The notes under the pieces: generated by a model
Seen by the model: the letters and a program-made list of their open reading frames with translations, nothing else
What the model was told of the DNA's origin: nothing
The model's database searches: none
In this document: in pieces, positions 1 to 9,031 of the stretch
How positions within the stretch are numbered: the stretch's first letter is position 1
Layout of the letters: every line of letters begins with the position of its first letter
Source of the DNA: Azospirillum sp.
GTDB taxonomy: Bacteria; Pseudomonadota; Alphaproteobacteria; Azospirillales; Azospirillaceae
NCBI GenBank assembly: GCA_035629155.1
Contig: DASPIO010000028.1
Coordinates: 23,762-87,761 of the forward strand
Direction: 5' to 3'
DNA: 64,000 nucleotides
Position numbers and translations under genes: made by a program

Positions 1-304
1 GCATGGCCCCGGCGTGCTGGCCCAGGTCGGCGGCGGCGTTGCGGTGGGCCGCCGCGCCGGCGAGGACCGCATCGTGCAACACCTGGGCGCGCGACGAGGC
101 GAAGCCCATGTCCTCCCCCAGCCCTCGCGCGGCGCCGCGCTTGGCAGCAAGGGTGGTGACGTTTTCGGTTACGCCGGACAGCGAGCGGCCGGCGTCGTTG
201 GCGGTCTCCTTCAGCCGTTCCAGCGTCTCGCGCGTGCGGCCGACCTCGCCCACAAGGCCCGAGGCGTCCGCCGTCAAGAGAAGGGCTAGCTTTTGGTCCG
301 CCAC
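1..304 (-). CDS. Tape measure protein, N-terminus (partial, runs off the window)
   Basis: Not in the ORF track. Hand translation from GTG at 304 gives MADQKLALLLTADASGLVGEVGRTRETLERLKETANDAGRSLS..., open to position 1, with GGAAGG upstream. It follows the G/GT chaperone and resembles the N-terminus of the TMP at 33142-34530. Confidence 0.85.
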   Translation of the reverse strand, partial: MADQKLALLLTADASGLVGEVGRTRETLERLKETANDAGRSLSGVTENVTTLAAKRGAARGLGEDMGFASSRAQVLHDAVLAGAAAHRNAAADLGQHAGAM

Positions 305-329
305 GTTCCGCCTTCCGTCAAACCATTCG

Positions 330-725
330 TCACGTCTTCGGGCGGCGGCGCTCGTACTCCGCCTCCCACACCGCCAGCGCCGCCTCTTCCATCGCTTGCA
401 GGCTGGTCACCGTCTCCGCGTCCCAGGGAACCCCGTGGGCGTCGGCGAGCTGGCGGACCTGGAGGAGATCGAGGCCGAGCGGAACGCCCCCCATCGGCGG
501 CTTGCGCCACATGCGCCGGGCGGCGTCGAACAGGGCGAAGATCGGCCAGACGGCGGCGTGCACGACGAAGACGGGCGGCTCCGGCTCATCCTCCGGGTCG
601 GCGGCTGGCGGGTCCTGTCCTGTCAGGGCCGCCAGCTCGTCGGCGTCGGGCTTGGCCGAGAAGCGGCGGCGCGCGGTGGAGGCGTCACCGCCGGCCCACC
701 GCCGCGCCGCCGCTACGAGTTTCCC
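330..725 (-). CDS. Tail assembly chaperone GT extension (-1 frameshift product; DUF1799-like)
   Basis: The -1 frame from the slippery site reads GKLVAAARRW...WPIFALFDAARRMWRKPPMGGVPLGLDLLQV...LQAMEEAAL, the typical 'GLD' motif of T-domain chaperones. It has no good start of its own. Confidence 0.8.
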   Translation of the reverse strand, partial: GKLVAAARRWAGGDASTARRRFSAKPDADELAALTGQDPPAADPEDEPEPPVFVVHAAVWPIFALFDAARRMWRKPPMGGVPLGLDLLQVRQLADAHGVPWDAETVTSLQAMEEAALAVWEAEYERRRPKT

Positions 726-1207
726 GTCTTGCCACCGTTGACCAGCTTCCAGAACGCCTGCTCCAGACCGACGCCGATGGGGCGGAAATCGGCCATGGCC
801 TCCACCAGGTCGGACGAGAACTCCGGCAGATCCTGGAAGATGCTGCCCCAGTTGTGGTTGTCCGGCAGGCCGACGACGACGCGGCGCAGCAGCGAGAGCC
901 GCCAGCCCTTGTAATCGGCCTCCGCTTGCTCGGCCTCGCGCTTCGCCTCGGCCTTGGCCTCGTCGTCGGTGGCGTCGCGGACCTTCTTGGCGGCCGTGTT
1001 GATGCGGTCGATGTACTCCTGCAGCTCCTTCTGGAGGTCGTCCAGTTCGCTGTCCGGGACCAGCTCGAAGGTGACGAAGCAGGTCTTGGTGGTATGGCGG
1101 CCGGTGGTCGTGCGGCCGGGCTTGGCGGACTCCGGCCACTTGATCTCGACCGGCCAGTCGAAAGTGAGGCGGTCGCCCTGGACGAACTGAAGTTGCGGCT
1201 TGCTCAT
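713..1207 (-). CDS. Tail assembly chaperone G
   Basis: MSKPQLQFVQGDRLTFDWPVEIKWP...; lies between tail tube and tape measure and ends at a slippery site. Confidence 0.85.
   Translation of the reverse strand: MSKPQLQFVQGDRLTFDWPVEIKWPESAKPGRTTTGRHTTKTCFVTFELVPDSELDDLQKELQEYIDRINTAAKKVRDATDDEAKAEAKREAEQAEADYKGWRLSLLRRVVVGLPDNHNWGSIFQDLPEFSSDLVEAMADFRPIGVGLEQAFWKLVNGGKTGNS
719..725 (-). other. Programmed -1 ribosomal frameshift slippery heptamer G GGA AAC
   Basis: Minus strand reads ACG GGA AAC TCG TAG. The X XXY YYZ heptamer lies one codon before the G stop, and the -1 frame is open to 330, as in lambda G/GT. Confidence 0.85.
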
Positions 1208-1239
1208 GGTAGCGGGCTCTCGAAAAGGGGATGGGATGA

Positions 1240-2523
1240 TCAGCGGGCGGAGATGAGCCACTCGTCGTCGCCGGTCACCGGCAGCAGCGCGGCCTGGACC
1301 TCGACGAGCGTGTCTTTCTTCGACTCCACCAGCTTGGGGGCCTTCAGCTGGGCGGCGGGAGCGGAGATGCGCACCACCTCGCCGGCGTTCCTGCCGTGCT
1401 GGAACAGCAGCGCGCCCCCGGTGCGGGCTTCAGCCGTGGCCCAGATGTTCCACTCGCCCAGGCTGGGGTATTCGAACTTGATGTTGGCCGTGCTCTTGCG
1501 GTCGTTGATGCGCACCGCCGTCCGGCCGACGCGCTCGACCAGTTCGACTTGGTTGCCCGCGTCCCAGCCGAACGTCTCGACAACCAAGTCGTTGCCATGC
1601 ATCCGGAAGATCGGCGTGTTGGTTGTCGACACCTCGATCGGGTCGGGCCACACGGTGAAGTCCGGGGCCACACTCGCGGCCAGCGCCGGCGCCGTCCACA
1701 GCGAGGTGAGTTCCACCTCCAGGTACGGGAAGCCGTTGATCTCGCCCATCCCCTTGATGGCCCCACGCGTTCCGAGCATGGCGAACTTCTGCTGCTGGCC
1801 ACCGGGATCGTTCATCAGGAAGTGGATGGCGCCGGACTTGTGGTTGTTGCGGTCGGAGCTGGGAGCGTAGTCGCTGCGCGCGGCCGACAGGGTGATGGTG
1901 AAGACGTCGCCGGCGGTGAAGGGTGTGCCGATAGCGTCAATGGTGATGACCGCCCCGCCCGGCAGCGCGAAGGGACTGCCGGTGGTCATCGTGACGGCGG
2001 TTTGGTTGTAGGCCGGCAGGTACTCGGTCCCCGGCGCGGCGACGGTGAACTGCGCCACGCCGGAGCCGCCGCCGGTGGTGCAGGTGAGCGTCGCCGTGCG
2101 GTCCAGCGTCCCGGCGCAGGCGGTTGTGCGGGTGTAGGTGAAGGCGCCGTCGCCGCTCGTCTTCACGGCGGCGGCGGCGATCGTCGCGCTGGCCGTCTTC
2201 GCCACCTGGGTGCGAGCGGTGCCACAGATGCGCATCACCGTGTCCCAGCACGGCGTGCCGGAGGCGCCGGCGCCGACCAGCGGCAGTTTGCCCGACAGCT
2301 TGTTGCGCTTGGCCACGAAGATGGAGCTGTTGGCGCCCATGTAGGGCTTCAGGTACGGCAGCTCCTTCTCCTCCACCTCCATCGGAGTGAAGGTCACGTC
2401 GTACAGGCGAATGGCGGTGGCGCCGTCCAGGGTCAGTCCGGCGTCGCTGCCGTAAGTGGCCTCCAGCGCCAACAGGATCGTCTTATGATCCCAATGGACC
2501 GGATGCGAGGGGATCTGCGGCAT
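1240..2523 (-). CDS. Major tail tube protein with an inserted T/G/A-rich accessory domain
   Basis: 427 aa, between tail terminator and chaperone. Tube-like N- and C-terminal parts flank an insertion of about 110 aa ending GTPFTAGDVFTITLS. Confidence 0.75.
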   Translation of the reverse strand: MPQIPSHPVHWDHKTILLALEATYGSDAGLTLDGATAIRLYDVTFTPMEVEEKELPYLKPYMGANSSIFVAKRNKLSGKLPLVGAGASGTPCWDTVMRICGTARTQVAKTASATIAAAAVKTSGDGAFTYTRTTACAGTLDRTATLTCTTGGGSGVAQFTVAAPGTEYLPAYNQTAVTMTTGSPFALPGGAVITIDAIGTPFTAGDVFTITLSAARSDYAPSSDRNNHKSGAIHFLMNDPGGQQQKFAMLGTRGAIKGMGEINGFPYLEVELTSLWTAPALAASVAPDFTVWPDPIEVSTTNTPIFRMHGNDLVVETFGWDAGNQVELVERVGRTAVRINDRKSTANIKFEYPSLGEWNIWATAEARTGGALLFQHGRNAGEVVRISAPAAQLKAPKLVESKKDTLVEVQAALLPVTGDDEWLISAR

Positions 2524-2529
2524 GGGGCG

Positions 2530-2682
2530 TTACTCCTTGAGCTTGCCGCGACGGCGCGGGGCGGCGTCCTCGGCCTTGTCGGCGTCCTCGGCCTTCTCGG
2601 CCGGCGCCGGGGGCTTCTCGTGCTCGTCGGGCTCCGGCTCGGCGCCGTGCTCCTTGATGACGGTGTCGATGCAGGGCCGCAT
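2530..2682 (-). CDS. Small acidic phage protein (50 aa)
   Basis: MRPCIDTVIKEHGAEPEP...; start overlaps the stop of the upstream gene, and its own stop is just before the tail tube start. Confidence 0.5.
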   Translation of the reverse strand: MRPCIDTVIKEHGAEPEPDEHEKPPAPAEKAEDADKAEDAAPRRRGKLKE

Positions 2683-3161
2683 CAGGCTCCTCCTGTCGTG
2701 CGCTTGTGGAGTTTCCACTCGGTGGTGAAGGTCAGGGTGGCGGCGACGGCGCCGGTGCGGCCCTCGCCGCCCAGGCCGCGCAGGGCGTCCTCTTCGAAGA
2801 GCAGCTCGGCGTAACCTTCGGCCGGGGCCCAGCCGGTGAGGCAGTCGATGACGGCCCATTCCAGCGGCCAGCAGGCGGCGCGGGCCGCCTCGCCGGTGGC
2901 GTCCTTGGCGCTGCCCTGCACCAGGATCACGGTGACCGCCTGGGCGACCTCGATGGACACGGCGCCGACGCGGCGGACGCCGTCGCCAACCAAGGCGCCG
3001 GCAACGACGAACGCGGCCGGCAGACGGGCCGGCAACAGCTTCTTGGACACCAGCTCGGCGAACTCGACCGCGCCGGCGGTGGTGTGCTTCAGGTCCGCGA
3101 CGCTGCCGCTGATGCGGGTCTGGACGGCGGCGGCCAAGTCGATGGGGGTGAAGCCGCTCAT
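2682..3161 (-). CDS. Tail terminator / Mu gp37-like protein
   Basis: Position directly before the tail tube. 159 aa with the LPAAFVV...W.P..GY..L.F pattern typical of tail completion proteins. Confidence 0.65.
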   Translation of the reverse strand: MSGFTPIDLAAAVQTRISGSVADLKHTTAGAVEFAELVSKKLLPARLPAAFVVAGALVGDGVRRVGAVSIEVAQAVTVILVQGSAKDATGEAARAACWPLEWAVIDCLTGWAPAEGYAELLFEEDALRGLGGEGRTGAVAATLTFTTEWKLHKRTTGGA

Positions 3162-3721
3162 GCGCGTGCCACCCCGCCGGTGTTCCGGCGCAACCAGTCG
3201 CGGGTGACCTCGCGCAGTATGCTGCTGAGGCGCGGCCCCACGCCCAGGAAGGGACGCTTGGGCATCGTGACTGTGTAGGCCCCGCGGACGTGTTCAGTCG
3301 CGAAGTTGGACTTGGACTTGCGGCGGAAGCGCGGGTCGAACGTGTCGCTCTTCGCGTCGTAGTGGCGGTACAGCGTGACGGTGCCAGCCTCGTGCTTCAC
3401 CTCACCGCCGAACTGGTGGATGGCGGCATAGACGACGGGGGTGCCCACCTCAACCGCATGCGCTGAGACGCGGCGGGTGATCGACTGGCGCAGGCGCGCC
3501 GTCAATGTGAGTGTCTGGCCGCCCTTGGCCAGGGCGCGGAGCGACTTCGGCCAGGGGTTACCGTCCGGGTCCTGCTCGGTTTCGAAGCTTCGCTGGGTGG
3601 CTAGCTCCACTTGCGCGCCCAGCTCGTCCAGCAGCCCGGTCAGATCGCGGCCGGCGGCTGCGGCGTTGTCCAGCATCGCCAGGAGGGCCGCGTCCTCGAT
3701 CTTGATGGAGGCGCCGGTCAT
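3158..3721 (-). CDS. Phage virion morphogenesis protein (Mu gpG / tail completion S family)
   Basis: Motifs FETEQDPDGNPWPK, TLTLTARLRQSI, VGTPVVYAAIHQFGG and MPKRPFLG. Confidence 0.92.
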   Translation of the reverse strand: MTGASIKIEDAALLAMLDNAAAAGRDLTGLLDELGAQVELATQRSFETEQDPDGNPWPKSLRALAKGGQTLTLTARLRQSITRRVSAHAVEVGTPVVYAAIHQFGGEVKHEAGTVTLYRHYDAKSDTFDPRFRRKSKSNFATEHVRGAYTVTMPKRPFLGVGPRLSSILREVTRDWLRRNTGGVARA

Positions 3722-4149
3722 CAGAACCCCGCCATGTTGTCGCGGCCGAACAGGCGCTCGCCGGCTACGACCTCGATGGAGCCGGCCTGCGCTGCGGCCG
3801 GCTCCACCCCGGCGACGTCGAGCGCCAGGGAGCCGTCGCGGATGTCGCGCAGCATCTTCATGGCCTGCTGGTAGTCGGCGGTGACCTTGGCCGGTGCGTC
3901 GTCGATGTACAGGCCGGCGATGGAGAGCGTGCCGGCGATCTGCGCCACCACCGCCGGAACGGAGGCGAGCGGCAGGGCGTAGCGGCCCGCCAGATGGGCG
4001 TCGATCACCGCGGCGGCCGACGCGATGGCTTGGTCAAGGACGGCGTCGACGATGGTTTCCGTGTAGGGCTGCTCGCGGTCGGTCAGGTCGACCAGCTTCT
4101 TCGTGCCGTAACGGGCGACCAGCGCGGCCTTGTCGGTGTAGGCGGGCAT
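3721..4149 (-). CDS. Mu gp36-like head-tail connector (DUF1320)
   Basis: MPAYTDKAALVARYG...IDAHLAGRYALPL...YQQAMKMLRDIRDGSLAL. Confidence 0.92.
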   Translation of the reverse strand: MPAYTDKAALVARYGTKKLVDLTDREQPYTETIVDAVLDQAIASAAAVIDAHLAGRYALPLASVPAVVAQIAGTLSIAGLYIDDAPAKVTADYQQAMKMLRDIRDGSLALDVAGVEPAAAQAGSIEVVAGERLFGRDNMAGF

Positions 4150-4358
4150 CAGGCGCGGCCCTCCACGGCGGCGACCAGCGCGCGCTCCTCGGCCGTCAGG
4201 TGGGGCGAGGTCGCGCCGGTCTCGCGGATCAGCGCCGCCACCTCGCCGGCGGCGCCGACGATGCGCTCGATGCGGGTGAGGGCCGCCGCGTGCTGCCCCT
4301 TGGTGCAGCCGCGGGCGCCGATGCGCCGGATGGTTTGACGGAGCTGGTCGGTGTTCAT
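4149..4358 (-). CDS. Hypothetical phage protein (69 aa)
   Basis: ATG with an upstream RBS-like sequence; its stop overlaps the gp36 start. Confidence 0.55.
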   Translation of the reverse strand: MNTDQLRQTIRRIGARGCTKGQHAAALTRIERIVGAAGEVAALIRETGATSPHLTAEERALVAAVEGRA

Positions 4359-4477
4359 GGAACCGCTGCTGCTGGAGGTCGCAGGAGGGGGAAGGCCGCG
4401 CCCCCTCCGCGCTTCGTGGGTTCCCAGGGGAGCCGCGCGCGGTCGCCGCTCCCCGGATCATCCCCGCTGGTATCCCG

Positions 4478-4735
4478 TCAGTCGGCCGGCGCCTTCGCCG
4501 CCGGGCCTTTGGCCTTGCCGCCGGGCTTCTCCTCGCCGCCTTCGGCCGGCTGCGGGTCGACCGCCACGACCAGCAGGTTGGGCTCGGCCATGAGCTGCTC
4601 GATCTGCTCCGGGGTGAAGGTGCCAGCCGGATGGCGCTTCTGCTCAGGCGTATGGTGCACGCCGCAGCGGCGGAAGCCGCCGGCCGGGCGGGCGGCGATG
4701 ACGAGGTCCGGCTGAAACATGTTGAACTTGTCCAT
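4478..4735 (-). CDS. HI1506-like / Mu gp35-like head protein
   Basis: GFRRCGVHH...FTPEQIEQLMAEPNLLV motif, immediately after the capsid gene. Confidence 0.85.
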   Translation of the reverse strand: MDKFNMFQPDLVIAARPAGGFRRCGVHHTPEQKRHPAGTFTPEQIEQLMAEPNLLVVAVDPQPAEGGEEKPGGKAKGPAAKAPAD

Positions 4736-4749
4736 GCGCGGTCCTCCGA

Positions 4750-5643
4750 TCAGGCGAGCCAGGGAACGACGACGAGCTGGGCGGTGCCCTTCCACTCGTT
4801 GTCCTCGCCGTTGGCCTTGCGCTGGTTCTCCAGGATCTGGCGGCCCTTGCCCTCCAGCGACGGCGGCACCACCAGGTGCGTGGGGTTGACGCCCAGCGGC
4901 TCGCCATGGTCGCGCTTGAGGTTCTGCATGGCGGTGCGGGCGGCCTCGTAGTTCGCGTGCGTCAGGTCGGCCTTGGACCCGTGGGCGAGCTGCCAGAAGC
5001 CGAAGCCGACATTGGCGCGGCCATCGACGCCGTAGCGGTACTGCTTGCGATCGAACACGATCTCGCCGGTCGGAGCGTCCATGCGCACGAAATCGAAGCT
5101 GCGGCGCTTCTGGTAGACGATCGGCTTGATGGCCCGGCTGAGGTCCATCAGGAACCACGGCGTGCCGGCACCGGCCTGATAGTTGGAGACGGAGACCGTG
5201 CTGCCGTCCTCCGCGATCACCGGGTGATCGGTGTCGAAGAAGTACTGGCCGTCGTAGCAGGGCTTGGCAAAGCCGGACTTCAGCAGCGGGAACACCAGCG
5301 TGTTGGGGAAGTTCGCCGTCTGGCGCCCCATCTCGGTGAACATCGGCGCGTAGAGGCCGAACTTGTCGTCCTCGATGTTGTTGCGGTCGACGCCGATGGT
5401 GAGTTCCCAATCCTTGTTGCGGATCAGGTAGGACGCGGTTTCCAGGTTGTGGACGACGCGCGGGCCGATCCACTCCCGGAAGCCGGGGATGTCCTTCATC
5501 CAGCCGTAGTTCTCTTCCGAGGTGGTCGACGGCGTCTCCATGGCGACCATGTCCCACTGGGACTTGACGCTGCCGAAGCCGTTCTGGAAGGACGTCTGGA
5601 AGCCGGTGTACAGCGCGAGCAGGCTGGACGCGGTGATGAGCAT
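4750..5643 (-). CDS. Mu-like major capsid protein gpT (helper)
   Basis: MLITASSLLALYTGFQTSF, REWIGPRVVHNL, CYDGQYFFDTDHPV, GFGFWQLA motifs. Confidence 0.96.
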   Translation of the reverse strand: MLITASSLLALYTGFQTSFQNGFGSVKSQWDMVAMETPSTTSEENYGWMKDIPGFREWIGPRVVHNLETASYLIRNKDWELTIGVDRNNIEDDKFGLYAPMFTEMGRQTANFPNTLVFPLLKSGFAKPCYDGQYFFDTDHPVIAEDGSTVSVSNYQAGAGTPWFLMDLSRAIKPIVYQKRRSFDFVRMDAPTGEIVFDRKQYRYGVDGRANVGFGFWQLAHGSKADLTHANYEAARTAMQNLKRDHGEPLGVNPTHLVVPPSLEGKGRQILENQRKANGEDNEWKGTAQLVVVPWLA

Positions 5644-5656
5644 GCGGGCGGCTCCT

Positions 5657-6070
5657 TCAGATCTCGACCCAGACGCCCTGGGCGTCCACGTCGCGGATGA
5701 TGCCGGCCTGCGGACGCGCCCCGGTGTCGTCGGTCTTGGCGACCGTCTGGTCGTCGACCGCGTAGCAGGGCTTGCCGTAGTCGGCGATGGTGATGGCGTC
5801 GCCGGCGGCAGAGTTGGCGAAGCGGAAGACGCCACGCTCGATCACCACCTTCGACGGCAGCGTCGAGCCCGCCACGGTGGAGGCGCGGTGCTGGGCGCGG
5901 CCGAGCACGGTCAGCGTGTTGGTGGCCGAGGCCGGGACGGCGGCGCCGGCGGCGTTCTGCGCCACCATGGAGCCGGCGAAGACGGAGGTGTTGGCGGCGA
6001 GGTCACGCTCCATGTGTGTGAAGCCGCCGTTGCGGGCCAGGGTGTTGCGGTCGGTCGTGAGGGCGGCCAT
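5657..6070 (-). CDS. Putative capsid cement/decoration protein (DUF2190-like)
   Basis: Small A/G/T-rich protein between I and T, with CYAVDDQTV...GVWV motifs common at this position in Mu-like phages. Confidence 0.7.
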   Translation of the reverse strand: MAALTTDRNTLARNGGFTHMERDLAANTSVFAGSMVAQNAAGAAVPASATNTLTVLGRAQHRASTVAGSTLPSKVVIERGVFRFANSAAGDAITIADYGKPCYAVDDQTVAKTDDTGARPQAGIIRDVDAQGVWVEI

Positions 6071-6073
6071 CGG

Positions 6074-7213
6074 TTACGCCCCCGTCTTCTGCGCGGCGAG
6101 CGACTTCTTGAAGGCGTCCTCGGACAGGCCCATCGCGGCGCACACCGCCTTCTGCTCCGCCGTCAGCTCGCCTTCGGCCGCTTGGCGGGTGCCGAGGTCG
6201 GTGGAGCCGGGCGAGAGGATGACCGGCGCCGACGCGATCATGCGGTCGAGCAGGTCGGGGTTGGCCGAAGCCAGCGCCAGCAGGTCGCCGCGCTGGGCGG
6301 GGGTGAACTTGCCGGCCTTGATGGCGTCGTCGACCTTGGCCGTGTGCTTGTCGCCCACCAGCGAGTTGACCTGGGCGGCCAGCGTGGCGACCTGCTGCTC
6401 CAGCAGCGAGGCGCCACCCTTCAGGCCCTTGACGGCGGTGATGACCTGTTCGGCCGGCGTGGCCTCCGGCAGGCCGGCGGCGGCGGCGATGGCCTTGACC
6501 TGACCGGCCGCCGTCTTCAGACCCGTGATGGTGGCGGCCAGCTGGTCGATGGTGGCCGACGCCTCCAGCCCGGCCGCCGAACACAGGGCGGTGAGCTGGC
6601 CGGTGCCGGCCTTCAGGGTGGAGACGGCAGCAAGCGCCGTCGTCTGGTCGGCGGTCTCGGGCAGGCCGAGTGCCTCCAGGAGCTTTCGCAGAAGCTCGTT
6701 CATGGGCTCTCCGTGATGGGCCGCCAGAGCTGGCAGCTGGGGTAGCGCCGGCCGGTTCACGAGCGCGGCGCCGAGGATCCGTGTGACCGTGCCGTCCTTG
6801 GCGTGCAGGAAGGCGGGTGAAAGGAAGCGGTACTCCCTGGAGGCGACGGCTCGCGCACCGGCGTCGGTCCACTCGACCTTCGCCCAGATGCCGTCCGCGC
6901 GGGCTTCCAGCGCGGTCATCCATCCGGCGGCGGGAGCGCGCCCACCCTGGGGAGCGGCGAGGTCGAGCGCGTGGTCGTAGTCCATCGGGAGCATCCCGCC
7001 GGCAGCGGCGGCGAGCGACGCGCCGATGACCGCCTGGGCGTCCGGCAGGGTCCAGCCCGGCCGGCCGTCCGCCGGCTTGAAGGCGCCGGCCGGCATCAGC
7101 TGGACCCACTCCGGCGGCTTGCCGGAGGAGACGTCCAGGGCGCCGGTCAGGACGGCGCTGGCGAGCGCAACGTCGGACGCAGCGGTTCCGGTGGTGGGAA
7201 CGCGGGTGGGCAC
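6074..7213 (-). CDS. Mu-like prohead protease/scaffold gpI; probable internal in-frame scaffold (gpZ) start at 6703
   Basis: EWVQLMPAG, PMDYDHA, GIWAKVEWT, EYRFLSPAF, ALVNRPAL motifs. GGAGAG precedes the internal ATG (MNELLRKLLEALGL). Confidence 0.95.
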   Translation of the reverse strand: MPTRVPTTGTAASDVALASAVLTGALDVSSGKPPEWVQLMPAGAFKPADGRPGWTLPDAQAVIGASLAAAAGGMLPMDYDHALDLAAPQGGRAPAAGWMTALEARADGIWAKVEWTDAGARAVASREYRFLSPAFLHAKDGTVTRILGAALVNRPALPQLPALAAHHGEPMNELLRKLLEALGLPETADQTTALAAVSTLKAGTGQLTALCSAAGLEASATIDQLAATITGLKTAAGQVKAIAAAAGLPEATPAEQVITAVKGLKGGASLLEQQVATLAAQVNSLVGDKHTAKVDDAIKAGKFTPAQRGDLLALASANPDLLDRMIASAPVILSPGSTDLGTRQAAEGELTAEQKAVCAAMGLSEDAFKKSLAAQKTGA

Positions 7214-7253
7214 GGGTGGCCTCGGCTCGAAAAGGCGGGATGCGATGGAGCCG

Positions 7254-7299
7254 AGATTAGGGGGATGGGCGCGCGGAACCGACGCGGAACGGGTTCCGC
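7254..7299 (-). promoter_or_regulatory. Putative late promoter of the head operon: activator dyad GCGGAAC-GG-GTTCCGC (7284-7299) plus -10 TAATCT (7254-7259)
   Basis: The same dyad with a TAnnnT box 24-25 nt downstream occurs before the lysis operon and in the 8.5-kb element. Position matches Mu PI. Confidence 0.7.
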
Positions 7300-7415
7300 G
7301 TCTCCCCCGTCCGGGCGGTTGGTGCCAGACGGGGTATCACCCTTGCGCGCGCGATACCGATTGCGGGGCGTTTGAACGGGGTTTTGAACGCCTGCGGGTG
7401 GCGGAGGGTCCCGGA

Positions 7416-7613
7416 CTACCCGGCGGCACGGACAGGGCCACCAGCGGCGATCCTATCGCGTTCCAGTTCGGCGATGGTCGCGCGGGCCTCGTCGAGCAAC
7501 CCGGCACGCACCGGATCGTCAACCGGCAGTGCCTCCACAAAGGCGAGATGGGCACGCCAAGCGTCGATGCCGTCCCACAGGGCGGGCGGGTCGATGAAGC
7601 CGGGATGCGTCAT
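7416..7613 (-). CDS. Small protein (65 aa) translationally coupled to MuF; candidate immunity protein
   Basis: 4-bp ATGA overlap with the MuF stop; function is inferred only. Confidence 0.55.
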   Translation of the reverse strand: MTHPGFIDPPALWDGIDAWRAHLAFVEALPVDDPVRAGLLDEARATIAELERDRIAAGGPVRAAG

Positions 7614-9031
7614 GCCGTCCTCCCGATCGCCAGTCGCGCCGCGTCCATCGCGGCCTTCAGGAACGCCGCGCGATCGGCCAGCAACTGGTCGAAGGACGGC
7701 GATGCTTGGACAGTGTAGACCAGATGCCCGGCATCGGCCAGTGCCTGCACGGCGGCGTGCGCGACCACGCGGTTGGCCTCGACCGCCGGCAGCGCGCCCG
7801 TGACGACGGCGTCCAACAACGCCTGCTCGGCCGCGCGCCGGGCAGCACGGGCCATGGTGGCGAGGGATTCCGCGGGAAGCGTGCGGTCCACGCTGGCCGC
7901 GTACCGCGTGCCGTCGTGGCCGATGGCGCGGATCTCGGCGATGCCCGGATAGTGGGCCGTGGCCGACAGGTCGGCCGGGCTGAGCGACGAGCCGCCGGGG
8001 TGGTTGTGCACGACGACGAGCCGGCGGGCCGGGTCCGCCAGCTGCGCGGCGGCCTCCGTCGATGGGTTGACGGTGTTGGTCCGGCCGTCGGTGCGCGCCT
8101 CGATGACGGTGCCGGAGGTGGCGTCGACGATGACCAGGTGCTCATGGCCGGTGTCCCGGCCGCGCTCCAGCACCTGCGATTCCGCTTGCGCCACGGCACG
8201 GGCGGCGGGCGGGACGGACGGCTCTCCGCCGGGGCCGTCCACCGCGCCGCGCAGCGCCGGCGGTAGGGCGTCGCGCTTCTGCGCCAGCAGGCGCGCCGCC
8301 TGCGCGTCGCGGGCCGCCTTGCCCTTGTGGTAGGCGAAGCCGGGATCGACGCCGGCGGGCACCATGACCTCTTCGCCGGTGCGCTTGTTGGTCCAGGGGC
8401 GCGGGTCGGACGGCGGCGGGTTCTCGGTGACCGTCCAGCCCTGCCGCTCCAGGTCGCGCGCCGAGAGCTGCTGGAGCGTGCAGCGGCAGCGCCACCCGCA
8501 AGGCGGTGAACGCTCGTCCCACCAGGCATGGTCGACCGGCAGGATGGTGCCGTGCCACGCCGCGTGATCCGGCCGCGTCTTGGTGTCCTTCACCGCGACG
8601 TAGCGCAGGTACGGCCGGGCCGCCTTGACGCGCTCGATGCGTTCCCACTGCCCGGCCGCCTGCGCCATGCGGACGTTGGTGTCGAAGATGATGCGCAGCC
8701 GGCGGGGACTGCCAAGCTGCACCACCTTGGCCCGCCCATCGGCCGGATCGACCATGGGCTTGCGCCCCCACCAGCCCGCGGCCTGGAGGCGCGGCTCGAT
8801 GTCCGCAGCCCACTGCTCGTAGCTCTGCCCGTCGGCGATGGCTTTGACCAGCGAGCCGTGCACCTCGGCCAGCAGGTCGGCCTTCATCATCTTGGCCACC
8901 GTGAAGGCGTGCGCGTGCTCGGCCTGCCACATGTCCTGCCAAGCGAAGGAGACGCGATAGCCCTTGGCCTTCAAGAAGCCGATCGCCTCCTCCGGCGGCA
9001 GCGGCGTGAGCGTGGGGGTGGGATCAGCCAT
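7610..9031 (-). CDS. Mu gpF head morphogenesis protein with a C-terminal JAB/MPN-like extension
   Basis: MuF motifs (HAHAFTVAK, RRLRIIFDTN, PPCGWRCRC, GVDPGFAY), then about 190 extra aa containing E...HNHPGGSSLSPAD. Confidence 0.9.
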   Translation of the reverse strand: MADPTPTLTPLPPEEAIGFLKAKGYRVSFAWQDMWQAEHAHAFTVAKMMKADLLAEVHGSLVKAIADGQSYEQWAADIEPRLQAAGWWGRKPMVDPADGRAKVVQLGSPRRLRIIFDTNVRMAQAAGQWERIERVKAARPYLRYVAVKDTKTRPDHAAWHGTILPVDHAWWDERSPPCGWRCRCTLQQLSARDLERQGWTVTENPPPSDPRPWTNKRTGEEVMVPAGVDPGFAYHKGKAARDAQAARLLAQKRDALPPALRGAVDGPGGEPSVPPAARAVAQAESQVLERGRDTGHEHLVIVDATSGTVIEARTDGRTNTVNPSTEAAAQLADPARRLVVVHNHPGGSSLSPADLSATAHYPGIAEIRAIGHDGTRYAASVDRTLPAESLATMARAARRAAEQALLDAVVTGALPAVEANRVVAHAAVQALADAGHLVYTVQASPSFDQLLADRAAFLKAAMDAARLAIGRTA

